DNA from: Thermoplasmata archaeon
Lineage (GTDB): Archaea; Thermoplasmatota; Thermoplasmata; RBG-16-68-12; JAFNFQ01
Assembly: GCA_041489255.1 (NCBI GenBank)
Contig: JBGPQV010000008.1
Span: 1-64,000, forward strand
DNA: 64,000 nt
Direction: 5' to 3'
In this document: positions 31,584 through 40,970 of the stretch, piece after piece
How the letters are laid out: each line of letters begins with the position of its first letter
Numbering within the stretch: the first letter of the stretch is position 1
Made by a program: the position numbers and the translations under genes
The notes under the pieces: generated by a model
Databases searched by the model: none
The model's input: the letters and a program-made list of their open reading frames with translations, nothing else
Told to the model about the DNA's origin: nothing

Positions 31584-31591
31584 TATTTAAA
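31584..31591 (-). promoter_or_regulatory. putative TATA box for TIR-APAZ/pAgo operon
   Basis: TTTAAATA on the minus strand, about 100 nt upstream of the TIR-APAZ start. Confidence 0.4.
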
Positions 31592-31639
31592 GCGCGGGGG
31601 AGAGGGGTGAAACCGTTCGCTAGGTCTTGGGCTGGAGGT

Positions 31640-31906
31640 GCTGCCGGGGTCGGGTCAATGGCAGGCGTCTTCTCCACGGGGTCCACTAATCATAGTGGAC
31701 GGTCGCCTGACTGTCATGGGTGAGAGCCGGAGGCGGTGTACTTGGCGGAAGTGGTCCACCACCTTGCGGAGGGAGAGGCCACGGAAGTAGAGGTCCAGGG
31801 CGAGGGCGATTTTCTCCGGGTCCGCCCGGCGCTTCTGGAACCCATCGGTGCCCGTGAACCGGCTTGTTTGGGCCATCGTGGTGCTCGCGTTGGCTCTCGG
31901 TGGCAA
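31640..31906 (-). mobile_element. IS6-family transposase remnant (internally deleted)
   Basis: FTGTDGFQKRR...IALALDLYFRGLSLRKVVDHFRQVH...SPMTV resembles the archaeal IS6 N-terminal HTH. It is followed directly by HYD*/KTPA C-terminal-like scraps; the DDE core is absent. Confidence 0.7.
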
Positions 31907-31941
31907 GGATGTATTGCAGGCAGTCCTCTGAGAGTCCGCAG

Positions 31942-34900
31942 TTATGCCTTGAGGGCGATAACTGTCTCCTTGCGCTCAAATTGCCGACTGGCCTCTTCGA
32001 CCTTGGAGATTTCGGCGTCGCTCAAACCGTAGAGGCGATAGACGAGCTTGTCAAGTTCGGCTTCTGAGCCTTCGATCTGCCTTTCCACAACCCGCTTCTC
32101 GTGATCCGTTCGCTTGGTCCTGGCTTGATCGCCAAGTCGGAACAATTGTTCTGCCGTCCGCTCAATCTCTTGGACGATTTTGGCCTCAGCGGCCCCTTCT
32201 GGCAACTTGACCGGGAGTTGCTCGAGGTATTGCCTCCAGAAGCGGACGTAGCCGCCTCGAAGGGAAGTTCCAATCGCCCGCAGATATTCGAAAAGAAGTG
32301 TGGAATTGAGAAGAGCCGTGAGGAAGAGGGCCGATACCCTCTGGTCTTTGATGAGCAGTCCATAGCCTGTCTTGTAGAAGTGCCCGAGCAGGTCCGCGGT
32401 AAACGACCCAACGTTGTTGTAGTCGGGGACGATGATCTTTTCGAGCTGGAAAAGAGTCATGCTTTTCGGGTAGCCGAAGGCATACCAGTTAGCGCCCTTG
32501 AACTTGCCTCGCTCACGGTCGCCAAGCTGCTTCCGATTCTCTTGAAGATAGGCCCAGGTGAGCGGAAACTTCTTGCCAAGTTCTACAGCCGTGTAGAGTC
32601 GAAACGAATCGAACCCGATTTCGTAGGGACAAATCAGTCTCGAAGTAGAGACGAGTGGCGCAAACCTCCGAATCTCCTTTCCTCGCAGGAAGGGCTTCGT
32701 GAGTTCCAGTTCCACTTCGACTTCCTTCTGAAGTGCGTGCGAGAAGCCGACTACGCGCGGGCCCTTGGTTTTCGCGTCGTCCAACACGAAAACCTCATCA
32801 GCGCTTGTTTGGGTGCCCACAAAGACCTGCGCGACGTCCACCAGCTTCGGCAATATGCGACTGAGACGCTCAACAACCTCCGAAATCCCACCGGCGGAGA
32901 AAGTCCAGTCCGATTCGTTGATTCGGGAAGCAGGTATGACGGATTGCGCCGACGCGCCGTTGGTTCGCCAAGCAGCCAAATCCCTTACTTGGTGGAATCG
33001 CACCGATTCCGAGGCGGACTTCCTGAGCATGAGCAAGCAGGTGTAGGTTGTGGCGCCTCGGAACACTTGAAGGTCCCCGAAATGGACAACCTCTTCGAGG
33101 TACTTGTTTTTCGAAATCAGCGATCTGAGCGGTTCGCCGTATTGGGCCGTAAAGAACTTGTGTGGGAGAATGTAGCCCAAGCGCCCAGTGACCTTCAGGA
33201 GTTGAAGGCCCCGCTCGACGAAAACCACGTAGATGTCGTAATTGCCCTTCGATGCGGTTTCAAAGTGGCGTTTGTAAAGCTCCACTTCAAGCGGAGCCCA
33301 TTCCGTCATTGTTTGAACCCGGATGTAAGGCGGGTTGCCAATCACCACGTCGAACCCGCCTTCAGCGAAAACCTGCGCGAATTCCGTCTTCCAATCGAAC
33401 GGATTGACCCGCCGGGCTTGCTCTTCGTCAAGAATCAATTGCTGAAGATGTTTGTTCTCGATTAGCGAATTCCCGCATTTGATGTTGTCATCGAGGTCGG
33501 GAAGCGCCCGCTGATGGAAGAGTTTCTGATTCTTTTCGATGGTTTCTCCCGACACCTGCTCCAGCACTCTCAGCAGGAGCGACAGTTTCGTTACTTCAAC
33601 GGCTTGAGGGTCGATGTCGCTCCCGAAGATATTGTTCAGTAGGATTCGTTTCCGCTCGCCCGATGTGAGGAACCACGATCCGCCGGGTCCTTGAACGATT
33701 TCATTCTTGAACTTCTTCGGGCCATTCTCGACATACCAGTTCAGGTGCCAGTCCAAGAGGAACTGATAGGCGACCAAGAGGAACGAACCCGATCCACAAG
33801 CAGGGTCCAAAACGCGAAGTCTGGAAACCTCTTTTGGGGTCTTGCCTTCAACAGCCTTTCCGGCCGTGTTGTTCACGATGTACCGAACAACGTAGGTTGG
33901 AGTGTAGTAGACCCCACCCGCTTTCTTTACTTCTGGCTTTTCCTCGACGATGGCTCGATGGCCGGCTGTAAGCCGAATTACTTTGCCAAGGAATTGCTCG
34001 TAGACGTGCCCGAGGATTTCAGCCGGAAGAACAGAGAACTCGTATGGACTTTCGGGATAGTAGAGCCGCCGTACGATATCCTTCAGGACTTTATCATCGA
34101 TTACGAGTTTCGGGGTGAGTTCGTCGGGCGTGCCGTACCGATCCTTTTCGCGCGAGAAATAGAAGAGGCCGGAGTTGTATCTTTCATCCGCGAGCCGAAA
34201 GAATTCTTTGAGACGGTCATACGCCTGCTCGCTCTTCATCAACGTCTGGAGACGACCGTAGGTTTCGATGCCGCGATCTTCGCAAATTCGGAGGAATACG
34301 ATTCGGTCGATTGTCGCCTGGACGGCATAGTTCAGCTCATACTGCGAGAGACTCGGATTCCGCAGCGCGATGTTTCGCGCGAGTTCGTCTCGCCAAGTCT
34401 CGATGTCTTCAAGGAAGGCCTGGTCAACTTCGACGGTTCCCTTTACGTCCTTCCAGGTCTCGGCGTATTGGTCGAACGATCCATTGAGTACGGCTTGTCG
34501 GGAGAAGGTGGCGTTGAAGACCTCCCAATTCGAGACAAGCTGGTCAAGGGAGAAATATCGTCGAAGCGCGGCGGCAGCGGAATCACCCTCCTTTGGACGG
34601 ATTCGCGTATCATAGATTGCCGTCTCTTCGAAGTTGGTTAGGATGCAAAGAGGCAGTTTCGCGTTCCAGCCATATCTCCGCAGTTGGACGGCGGGTGCCG
34701 GGTCGTCTTTGATTCTCACCGAAGGCTTCTTGGTTTCAAGGAAGAGCTTGCGCGTTTGTCCGATGCGCAGCGAATAGTCGGGGGCCTTCGTTGAGCCTCC
34801 AATTCTCAGCGTATCCTCGTGGATAACTTCCTTGTAAGCTGGTGCTGCTCCTTGCTTGTTTGAAACGTCCCACCCGAGGATCTCCAGCAAGGGATCAATG

Positions 34901-35013
34901 AACTCTTGGCGAAGTTGTGCCTCTTTGTAGGCAGGCGACTGGTAGGCGTCGCGGTTCCGCTTGTAGCGCTTTACGAGCTCGATGAGTTCTATTGGCGCGG
35001 AAGTCTTTTCCAA
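31942..35013 (-). CDS. type IIG-like (Eco57I-like) fused restriction endonuclease / N6-adenine methyltransferase
   Basis: PD-(D/E)xK nuclease (KAPDY...FLETKK), GVYYTP, motif I LDPACGSG, motif IV GNPPY, and a TaqI-C-like TRD. Probable TTG start at 35013; the ORF is open to 35154. Confidence 0.9.
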   Translation of the reverse strand: MEKTSAPIELIELVKRYKRNRDAYQSPAYKEAQLRQEFIDPLLEILGWDVSNKQGAAPAYKEVIHEDTLRIGGSTKAPDYSLRIGQTRKLFLETKKPSVRIKDDPAPAVQLRRYGWNAKLPLCILTNFEETAIYDTRIRPKEGDSAAAALRRYFSLDQLVSNWEVFNATFSRQAVLNGSFDQYAETWKDVKGTVEVDQAFLEDIETWRDELARNIALRNPSLSQYELNYAVQATIDRIVFLRICEDRGIETYGRLQTLMKSEQAYDRLKEFFRLADERYNSGLFYFSREKDRYGTPDELTPKLVIDDKVLKDIVRRLYYPESPYEFSVLPAEILGHVYEQFLGKVIRLTAGHRAIVEEKPEVKKAGGVYYTPTYVVRYIVNNTAGKAVEGKTPKEVSRLRVLDPACGSGSFLLVAYQFLLDWHLNWYVENGPKKFKNEIVQGPGGSWFLTSGERKRILLNNIFGSDIDPQAVEVTKLSLLLRVLEQVSGETIEKNQKLFHQRALPDLDDNIKCGNSLIENKHLQQLILDEEQARRVNPFDWKTEFAQVFAEGGFDVVIGNPPYIRVQTMTEWAPLEVELYKRHFETASKGNYDIYVVFVERGLQLLKVTGRLGYILPHKFFTAQYGEPLRSLISKNKYLEEVVHFGDLQVFRGATTYTCLLMLRKSASESVRFHQVRDLAAWRTNGASAQSVIPASRINESDWTFSAGGISEVVERLSRILPKLVDVAQVFVGTQTSADEVFVLDDAKTKGPRVVGFSHALQKEVEVELELTKPFLRGKEIRRFAPLVSTSRLICPYEIGFDSFRLYTAVELGKKFPLTWAYLQENRKQLGDRERGKFKGANWYAFGYPKSMTLFQLEKIIVPDYNNVGSFTADLLGHFYKTGYGLLIKDQRVSALFLTALLNSTLLFEYLRAIGTSLRGGYVRFWRQYLEQLPVKLPEGAAEAKIVQEIERTAEQLFRLGDQARTKRTDHEKRVVERQIEGSEAELDKLVYRLYGLSDAEISKVEEASRQFERKETVIALKA

Positions 35014-35113
35014 GGCCGGTCTACCTTTGAACGCAAGGTGGAGTCTCCATAAGAACCTTCGGCTGTGAACGGGTTCGATGTCCCCGGCTGGCCCCCGGCA
35101 GGGGTCGCTTTGG

Positions 35114-35236
35114 GTACAGGAACAGGGTCTTGGCCGACGCAGGCGGCCCCTCAAGCAGCATGTGGACCGGCTTCTCGGCTGTCAGGGCGGACCTGAACAG
35201 ATCCTTGATGTCGTCGAAACCTATGATGGGTTCGAA
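35114..35236 (-). pseudogene. AAA+ ATPase N-terminal fragment
   Basis: Minus frame reads FEPIIGFDDIKDLFRSALTAEKPVHMLLEGPPASAKTLFL (Walker A variant). It has no start codon and similarity stops after Walker A. Confidence 0.6.
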
Positions 35237-35339
35237 ACAGACGCCAAACCAACGTCATCCTTGCACGCGAGTGAATGCCTGTACCTCGCCCTTGCCTCGC
35301 TTTCGCGAGAGCGCGACGTGGAGAATGACAATCGCCTGA

Positions 35340-35473
35340 CCGTCCGTCTCTGCGTAGAAGGGAGTCTTGTCTAAGATAATGTGGTCTGGCACTGCTTCGA
35401 CCACATTGGCGTCAAACTCCTTCAGGTAGTGTGTGTCGACGCTCGGGAAATGAAGAATCTCTGTCCGGGCCAT
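35340..35473 (-). pseudogene. AlaX alanyl-tRNA editing protein, N-terminal fragment
   Basis: MARTEILHF...YLKEFDANVV...IILDKTPFYAETDGQ with a GGAGGT SD. Similarity stops after GQ and the frame ends at 35255. Confidence 0.75.
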
Positions 35474-35551
35474 CGAAGTGACCTCCGTGACACAGTCAAT
35501 AAGCTCCAGACATAGTAGGTCAACTCCAGATATGGAGAGTCTGCCTGGAGC

Positions 35552-36604
35552 CTAGCCAGTCCTGGCTCCGCATTTGGGGCAAAAGGGCGCGCCAAGCACC
35601 AAGAGAGTGCCGCACTGATGGCAGAACAACTGTGGCGTCGGCGTCGAGGTGGGTGGAGCGGGATACGGCGGTTCTCCCTGTGGCGGCGCCGATGGGAATT
35701 GGATTCCCGATTGGGGCCATTGAAGAGGGGGCGGCGGAACCATCGCCTCGAAGGGCTGGGGGAAAAGCGGAGGTGGCGGCTGCGTTGGAACGATGGAGCG
35801 CACTGTCTTTGGACTACGGGCAAGAACGCTCATTACGAACAGAAGTATGACCGGCACGACGATCAGCAGCGCCATCTGCGTAACCAGGAACAGGAAAAGC
35901 ATGGCGATGATATTGAAAACGCCAATCACAAGGAGGCCAACGCTGTGCAAACCGAAAGTCAGCCTAACCTCACTTGGGACAGGTTCGAGTTTGGCGCTCT
36001 TGATGGACAATGCACCGCCGATGAACATGACTACTACTCCTGCGATTGCCATCCATAAGCCGAGTTCCCATCCCCAACTTGCCCCTAGGAGCTGGAAGCT
36101 CTGCCATGTGACATCCCTACTCCCGGAGATCGGGATATCCAAACCCATCGTGCTGAAGAGGCTGTATAGGAGGAGGAAATAGAAGAACCACCAGAACAAT
36201 GCGATGACGGCCCAGAGCGGAGCGACGAACACGCGCGATCCCCGTCGGCGCCTTGCGGCACAATAGAAACCATTGAAAGCGGCAAGGCCGAGACTGATGG
36301 ATATCGGCAACATCGCGATGGTGATGGCAAGATAGACAACCTTCAACTCTGACAGCAGATTTGAGGGGTCGAAGCCGACGACCTGCACGCCCACTCCAAG
36401 TGGACCTATGGTGAAATCGAAGAGAGTCTGAGAGCCATTCACGACACTAGAATGCAGGCCCCACCAAGGGAGGATCACGGAGGCCACAACCAAGATTGCG
36501 CCTACAGCCAACAGAACCCTGTCACCATACCTGAGCACCACTGATCTCTCAGACACGAATCTCCTCCTCGGGCGCTCATATGTATGTCCTACATTTATAC
36601 TCAC
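35552..36604 (-). CDS. multi-pass membrane protein with Pro-rich linker and C-terminal zinc ribbon
   Basis: About 6 TM segments; C-terminal FCHQCG...FCPKCG. Confidence 0.8.
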   Translation of the reverse strand: MSINVGHTYERPRRRFVSERSVVLRYGDRVLLAVGAILVVASVILPWWGLHSSVVNGSQTLFDFTIGPLGVGVQVVGFDPSNLLSELKVVYLAITIAMLPISISLGLAAFNGFYCAARRRRGSRVFVAPLWAVIALFWWFFYFLLLYSLFSTMGLDIPISGSRDVTWQSFQLLGASWGWELGLWMAIAGVVVMFIGGALSIKSAKLEPVPSEVRLTFGLHSVGLLVIGVFNIIAMLFLFLVTQMALLIVVPVILLFVMSVLARSPKTVRSIVPTQPPPPLFPQPFEAMVPPPPLQWPQSGIQFPSAPPQGEPPYPAPPTSTPTPQLFCHQCGTLLVLGAPFCPKCGARTG

Positions 36605-36908
36605 CGACGCTCAAGAATCCTGCTCATCGAACACATTGCTCCCGAGTCGATTCAGTCTCATAGTCATTAGCCACGGAGCCTGTGTGTGAATGGCGTGTCA
36701 AGAAGGATTGCCGCCCTTGACCAAAGTTGTTGCATTCCGGGGTGGAGGGCAACACAACTATGATGAACGTCCGGCAGCGATTACTTTCAGTCTGTGCTGA
36801 GGACGTACCTAATCGCGTCGCTTTTCCAAAGCATCATAGGAACCAAGGTACCCGACTTCTCCTCCTGTGGCGTGCTGAGACCTCGTGCAAGGACAGGTGC
36901 TTCCGAGA

Positions 36909-37280
36909 CTAGCAACTCCATGAATGTGGCTCATCTGGATTGGCCAGACACAGGTGCCTATGGACTCCCCCTGGTGTCTCACCGGTCATCATCGAGACGA
37001 AGTCTATCGCTCCGGGACTGTCTCTTGCCGCGCAGGATATGGGACATGGTTCGCCATGGGTGGGACACACGGCGCCGCAACTCGCACCCTCCTCGTCGGT
37101 GGCAAGCGTTGTCATTTCCTTGACGGGGAGACAGATCTCACTCCCGAAGGGTCCTTGGTATCCGAAGTCCCTCCCGCATCTTGGGCACGAGGCCGCCCAG
37201 TCATATCCACCACTCAGTTGTTTCCACACCATCATGAGACCACAGCAAAAGAGTATTGGGGTATCTTGAGCCATGGCCAT
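36909..37280 (-). CDS. small Cys/His-rich hypothetical protein
   Basis: CC, CPRCG, CxxxCPTH...C and HxHxC...H clusters. Confidence 0.45.
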   Translation of the reverse strand: MAMAQDTPILFCCGLMMVWKQLSGGYDWAASCPRCGRDFGYQGPFGSEICLPVKEMTTLATDEEGASCGAVCPTHGEPCPISCAARDSPGAIDFVSMMTGETPGGVHRHLCLANPDEPHSWSC

Positions 37281-37464
37281 GAAGTGGGCAGGGCTGCTTC
37301 ATAAGCTTGTTTTCCCAAGGTAGATGAAAAGACCAGCCTGACCCGCCGAGTGCGCTGCCAATTTGAGAGTCGCTCATGGAAGATCCGGCACAACTCAGCT
37401 GCACGGGCACACATCATGATGCATTTTGGACATCATTCGGAGGCGCCCCAAGCATGGCAGAGGC

Positions 37465-37737
37465 CTATGACTTGTTGTGCCTGGCCAATGCCGCCAACGC
37501 TTTGGGATCCCGATTGCGTGTCAGGAATTCCACCTTACCGCTTCTAATCTGCAGGAGGCCGATCGTAGAGAGGAACTCGACATCCTCCGCGAGTTGTGCC
37601 GTCTTGATCCTGATGTTCGATATCGATCTGGAAACAGAGGTGTCAGACACGCGCAGCCTTCTCGCGATCTCCTTGACCGTATTCCCTTCCCTAAGGTACT
37701 GAAGGATAGTCCTTTCCCGTTCAGTTATGAAGCCCAT
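37465..37737 (-). CDS. LuxR-like HTH transcriptional regulator
   Basis: ITERERTILQYLREGNTVKEIARRLRVSDTSVSRSISNI. Confidence 0.8.
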   Translation of the reverse strand: MGFITERERTILQYLREGNTVKEIARRLRVSDTSVSRSISNIRIKTAQLAEDVEFLSTIGLLQIRSGKVEFLTRNRDPKALAALARHNKS

Positions 37738-37810
37738 GAACGAAGTTCATGACTGACATGAGCGTAATGACGCTTTTCAACGCAACTAACGTCATTGGGT
37801 TAGTTTATTA

Positions 37811-38395
37811 TTGCAGAATGGCTTTCAGCCCTTCGTGCCTTTACGCGACGGGACTCTCGAGGATGCCTTGCGGCACGCCCTGAATTCATTTGATGCGGGT
37901 ATGCAAGAAGACGGGTTCATGTGGCTCATGCTTTCAGCCAAGACCGGTGCCGACGATAGGGAATGGATCAGACGAATCGCCGATGAGATGTGGCGCCACG
38001 ATACCTACCGTGTATGGGAGGTCTGGCAGGTGCGATGCAACAGCCCTGATGCAGGCGCCCAAGATTTCCTAGAACTCGCCCGCTCACACATGAGCAATGT
38101 CAGAGGATACGGGCCGGGCGTACCTCCCTTAACACCGTCTACATGTCCGTTGTTCGACCAGCTGAAGAGTGAATATCGATTGGCGGTTGAGGCGATGAGG
38201 GAAGCGGTCTCTAGGTCTCAACACCAGGAAGAGATGGCCCAGCTCATGGAAGAGACAGCCACCTACCATGCGCATTTTGGACGCTATTTTGAATGTAAGA
38301 TCGTCCTGGAGAGCGTGTCTGAGCTTCGCCCACCGCGCAATCGCTGGCGCTTCTCGGATGAACCGGAGGACACATCTGATACCGAGGTTCCGTAG
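37811..38395 (+). CDS. hypothetical helical protein
   Basis: 194-aa protein-like ORF divergent from the HTH gene. No motif recognised. Confidence 0.5.
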   Translation: MQNGFQPFVPLRDGTLEDALRHALNSFDAGMQEDGFMWLMLSAKTGADDREWIRRIADEMWRHDTYRVWEVWQVRCNSPDAGAQDFLELARSHMSNVRGYGPGVPPLTPSTCPLFDQLKSEYRLAVEAMREAVSRSQHQEEMAQLMEETATYHAHFGRYFECKIVLESVSELRPPRNRWRFSDEPEDTSDTEVP

Positions 38396-38544
38396 GCTCG
38401 GTGCGAATTTTCGCCATGAAGACGGAGGCCCAATCGGATTTCCTACGTCTGGTCGATACTCTTAAACAGAAGCTTCGCTCATACCGCTTTTGGCGCCGAA
38501 ACCTTTAATTCAACAGGCGACCGAAAGGCTTATCCTAGTTACAG

Positions 38545-38617
38545 TGGGCTCGTCCGGATTCGAACCGGAGACCTTCACTATGTCAAAGTGACGTCATGAC
38601 CGCTAGACTACGAGCCC
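38545..38617 (-). tRNA. tRNA-Val(GAC)
   Basis: Full cloverleaf: GGGCTCG acceptor, anticodon arm TCACT-TTGACAT-AGTGA, T arm TCCGG-TTCGAAT-CCGGA. CCA is not encoded. Confidence 0.96.
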
Positions 38618-38750
38618 TTGTATGAGGCATTGACCCGCCCGCAATAAGGTTTTTGCCATGCGGCGGGATGCCACCGCAATAGGTATATCGGAGCGCCACA
38701 TTGCCCAACCCGGCATCCAATCCTCCATCGAATCATTCCAAGGTGAGCAA

Positions 38751-39848
38751 ATGGCCAGCATGGACAATTTCGAGTTCGCGCACAGGCACAGGAAGCAGGT
38801 CGTCTGGATGAGCCAGAACACGAACATGATCCCCCTCTCCCCGAAGATAAACGAGGCGATCCGCCAGTCGGTGAACGAGAGGGAGTACAACCTCTACGGC
38901 TTCAAGAAGGGCGTGTTCGGCCTCTGCGACGCGATAAAGGCGGACCTCAAGATGGAGGACTGGGACATACACCTCACCAACGGCGGCATCGAGGGGCTCT
39001 ACATGGCCAACCGCGCCTTCCTCCAGCCCGGGGACGAGGTGATCGCGACGGACCCGTCCTTCATGCCGATCCACGACCAGGTGCTCATGGCGGGAGCGAA
39101 GGTCAGGGAGCTCGACATCTACCACGAGCCATGGAAGCTGACGCCGGAGCATGTGTCCGACGTGGCGACCCCGAAATCCAAGATGCTCCTCATCATCGAC
39201 CCGAACAATCCCCTCGGCACGGCCTATACCCGCCAGGAGATTCGCGCGCTCTGTGAGGTCGCGGAGGACCGCGGCATGTTCGTCATCGACGACATCACGT
39301 ACAGGGACTTCAACCCCCTGCACACCCTCGCGTCAGATTTCTACCCGGAGAAGACCATCGTCTCATACTCGTTCTCCAAGGGCTGCGGCATGGCGGGGAT
39401 GCGTATCGGCGCGGTGCTCGCGCCGCCCGAGGTCATGAAAGCGATCAAGAAGTTCGACACGAACGTCCTCGGCGTGAATGTCCTCGCTCAGCGCGGCGCC
39501 TTGGCTGCGCTCGAGACCAAGAAACGCTGGCTGCCGAAGCTCAGGCAGATCTGCCGCAAGAACCAGGATGTCATCAAGGCGGCCGTCTCAAAGGTCCGCG
39601 GCACATATCTGCCCGTCTTCCCCTCCCTCGCGAACATGTTCTGCATCGACATCAGGGAGACAGGGGTGAACCCGGAGAAGGTCGAGGCGATGTTGCTCCA
39701 GGATCACTACATACACACCAGGGCGGGGCAGTACCTGTCCAAGCGGTTTGGACCGCGGTTCGTCCGCGTGTCATTCTCCATACCTACGGAGCAGTGCAGG
39801 AAGTTCGCGGCGGCATTCCCCAAAGTGATGAAAGCGCTATCGAAGTAG
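38751..39848 (+). CDS. PLP-dependent aminotransferase class I/II
   Basis: DPNNPLG, IDDITY and SFSKGCGMAGMRIG motifs; AGGTGA SD before ATG 38751. Confidence 0.92.
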   Translation: MASMDNFEFAHRHRKQVVWMSQNTNMIPLSPKINEAIRQSVNEREYNLYGFKKGVFGLCDAIKADLKMEDWDIHLTNGGIEGLYMANRAFLQPGDEVIATDPSFMPIHDQVLMAGAKVRELDIYHEPWKLTPEHVSDVATPKSKMLLIIDPNNPLGTAYTRQEIRALCEVAEDRGMFVIDDITYRDFNPLHTLASDFYPEKTIVSYSFSKGCGMAGMRIGAVLAPPEVMKAIKKFDTNVLGVNVLAQRGALAALETKKRWLPKLRQICRKNQDVIKAAVSKVRGTYLPVFPSLANMFCIDIRETGVNPEKVEAMLLQDHYIHTRAGQYLSKRFGPRFVRVSFSIPTEQCRKFAAAFPKVMKALSK

Positions 39849-39900
39849 CTTCATAATTCCCGCCACAACCTTCATTGCGGCGTGACCGATTCCCATCACG

Positions 39901-40560
39901 ATGACCGCCAAGACCCCGAAGCGCGCCATGGTCAGGATCTACTCCGACGGCGGCGCAAGGGGCAATCCCGGGCCCGCCGCGATAGGGGTCGTGATCTGCG
40001 ATCATGACGACGTCATCATCAAGCCTTTCGGCGAGTACATCGGTCGAGCGACGAACAATGAAGCTGAGTACAGGGCCCTCATAAGGGGACTCGAGATCGC
40101 TGCGAAATACACGGATAGCGAGATCATCTGCACGCTGGACAGCGAACTGGTCGTACGCCAGATGATCGGGGAATACAGGGCGAAAGAGCCGAGGATGCGG
40201 AGGCTCATGGAGGAGGCGAGTCGCACGGCGCGGCAATTCAGGCATGTCAAGTTCGTCAACCTCCCCAGAATGACCGGCCATCTCGCTTTAGCCGACAGAC
40301 TCGTCAACGAGACTCTGGATGGAGCGCACTGCGCCTCCATAGACGAGATGCTGCGGGCGAGCATCACCAAGGAGGTTGAAATCGATTCGATGCATGATTC
40401 GGGAGTGGAGCAAGTTGATCCGTCCACCATCAGCTTGATGTTCATCGAACATTGCCTGCGGCAAGGTTGGATAGTCAAGAAGGGAAGCGGGCGTGGCAGC
40501 AAGTACCACGTCACCGAGACCGGGAAGAAGGAGCTTAGGAAGTTTGGAATATCGATCTGA
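39901..40560 (+). CDS. rnhA: ribonuclease HI with C-terminal winged-helix-like extension
   Basis: YSDGGARGNPGPAAIG, TNNEAEY, DSELVVRQ and ADRLVN motifs, plus about 75 extra C-terminal residues. Confidence 0.88.
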   Translation: MTAKTPKRAMVRIYSDGGARGNPGPAAIGVVICDHDDVIIKPFGEYIGRATNNEAEYRALIRGLEIAAKYTDSEIICTLDSELVVRQMIGEYRAKEPRMRRLMEEASRTARQFRHVKFVNLPRMTGHLALADRLVNETLDGAHCASIDEMLRASITKEVEIDSMHDSGVEQVDPSTISLMFIEHCLRQGWIVKKGSGRGSKYHVTETGKKELRKFGISI

Positions 40561-40571
40561 AAAGAAGTGAG

Positions 40572-40646
40572 TGCTCCCGCCGGGATTTGGACCCGGGTCC
40601 GAGGCTCGAAAGGCCTCTATCCTTGACCGGACTAGACTACGGGAGC
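40572..40646 (-). tRNA. tRNA-Glu(TTC)
   Basis: GCTCCCG acceptor, anticodon arm GAGGC-CTTTCGA-GCCTC, T arm CCGGG-TCCAAAT-CCCGG. Confidence 0.94.
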
Positions 40647-40970
40647 GTTGACCCGCCAGTTAAAGGGGGCAGTCATAAAGCCTTTGCCACTTGCGCCCGG
40701 CTTCTTCGCACACGGGCTTGACAGGATAAATCGGCAGGTTGGCGTCTCACAGCGACGCCTCGTGGAACATCCCCCGTTCGGGACTGCAGGATGCCTAGCT
40801 CTAAATACCGACTCGCCGGTCCTCCTTCTCGGAGACATTGGGAGACGAGAGGATGTCATGGGGATCTGGAAGCTGTGACGTACCGGTGTCGTTGAGAGCC
40901 CTATGTCGCTCCAAACGCGGCGCTTCGTTCGGGTGTCCGGGCAGCGAAGGGGGACAGAGGAGGGACTAGA

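Noticed and set aside
36760-36801. ATGATGA...CTGA as a second C/D sRNA
   Set aside because: Too short, with no credible D'/C' boxes or terminal stem.
40690-40965. Hairpin-rich intergenic region as SRP or RNase P RNA
   Set aside because: It lacks the conserved SRP helix 8 and RNase P P4 signatures, and short hairpins are expected at this GC content.
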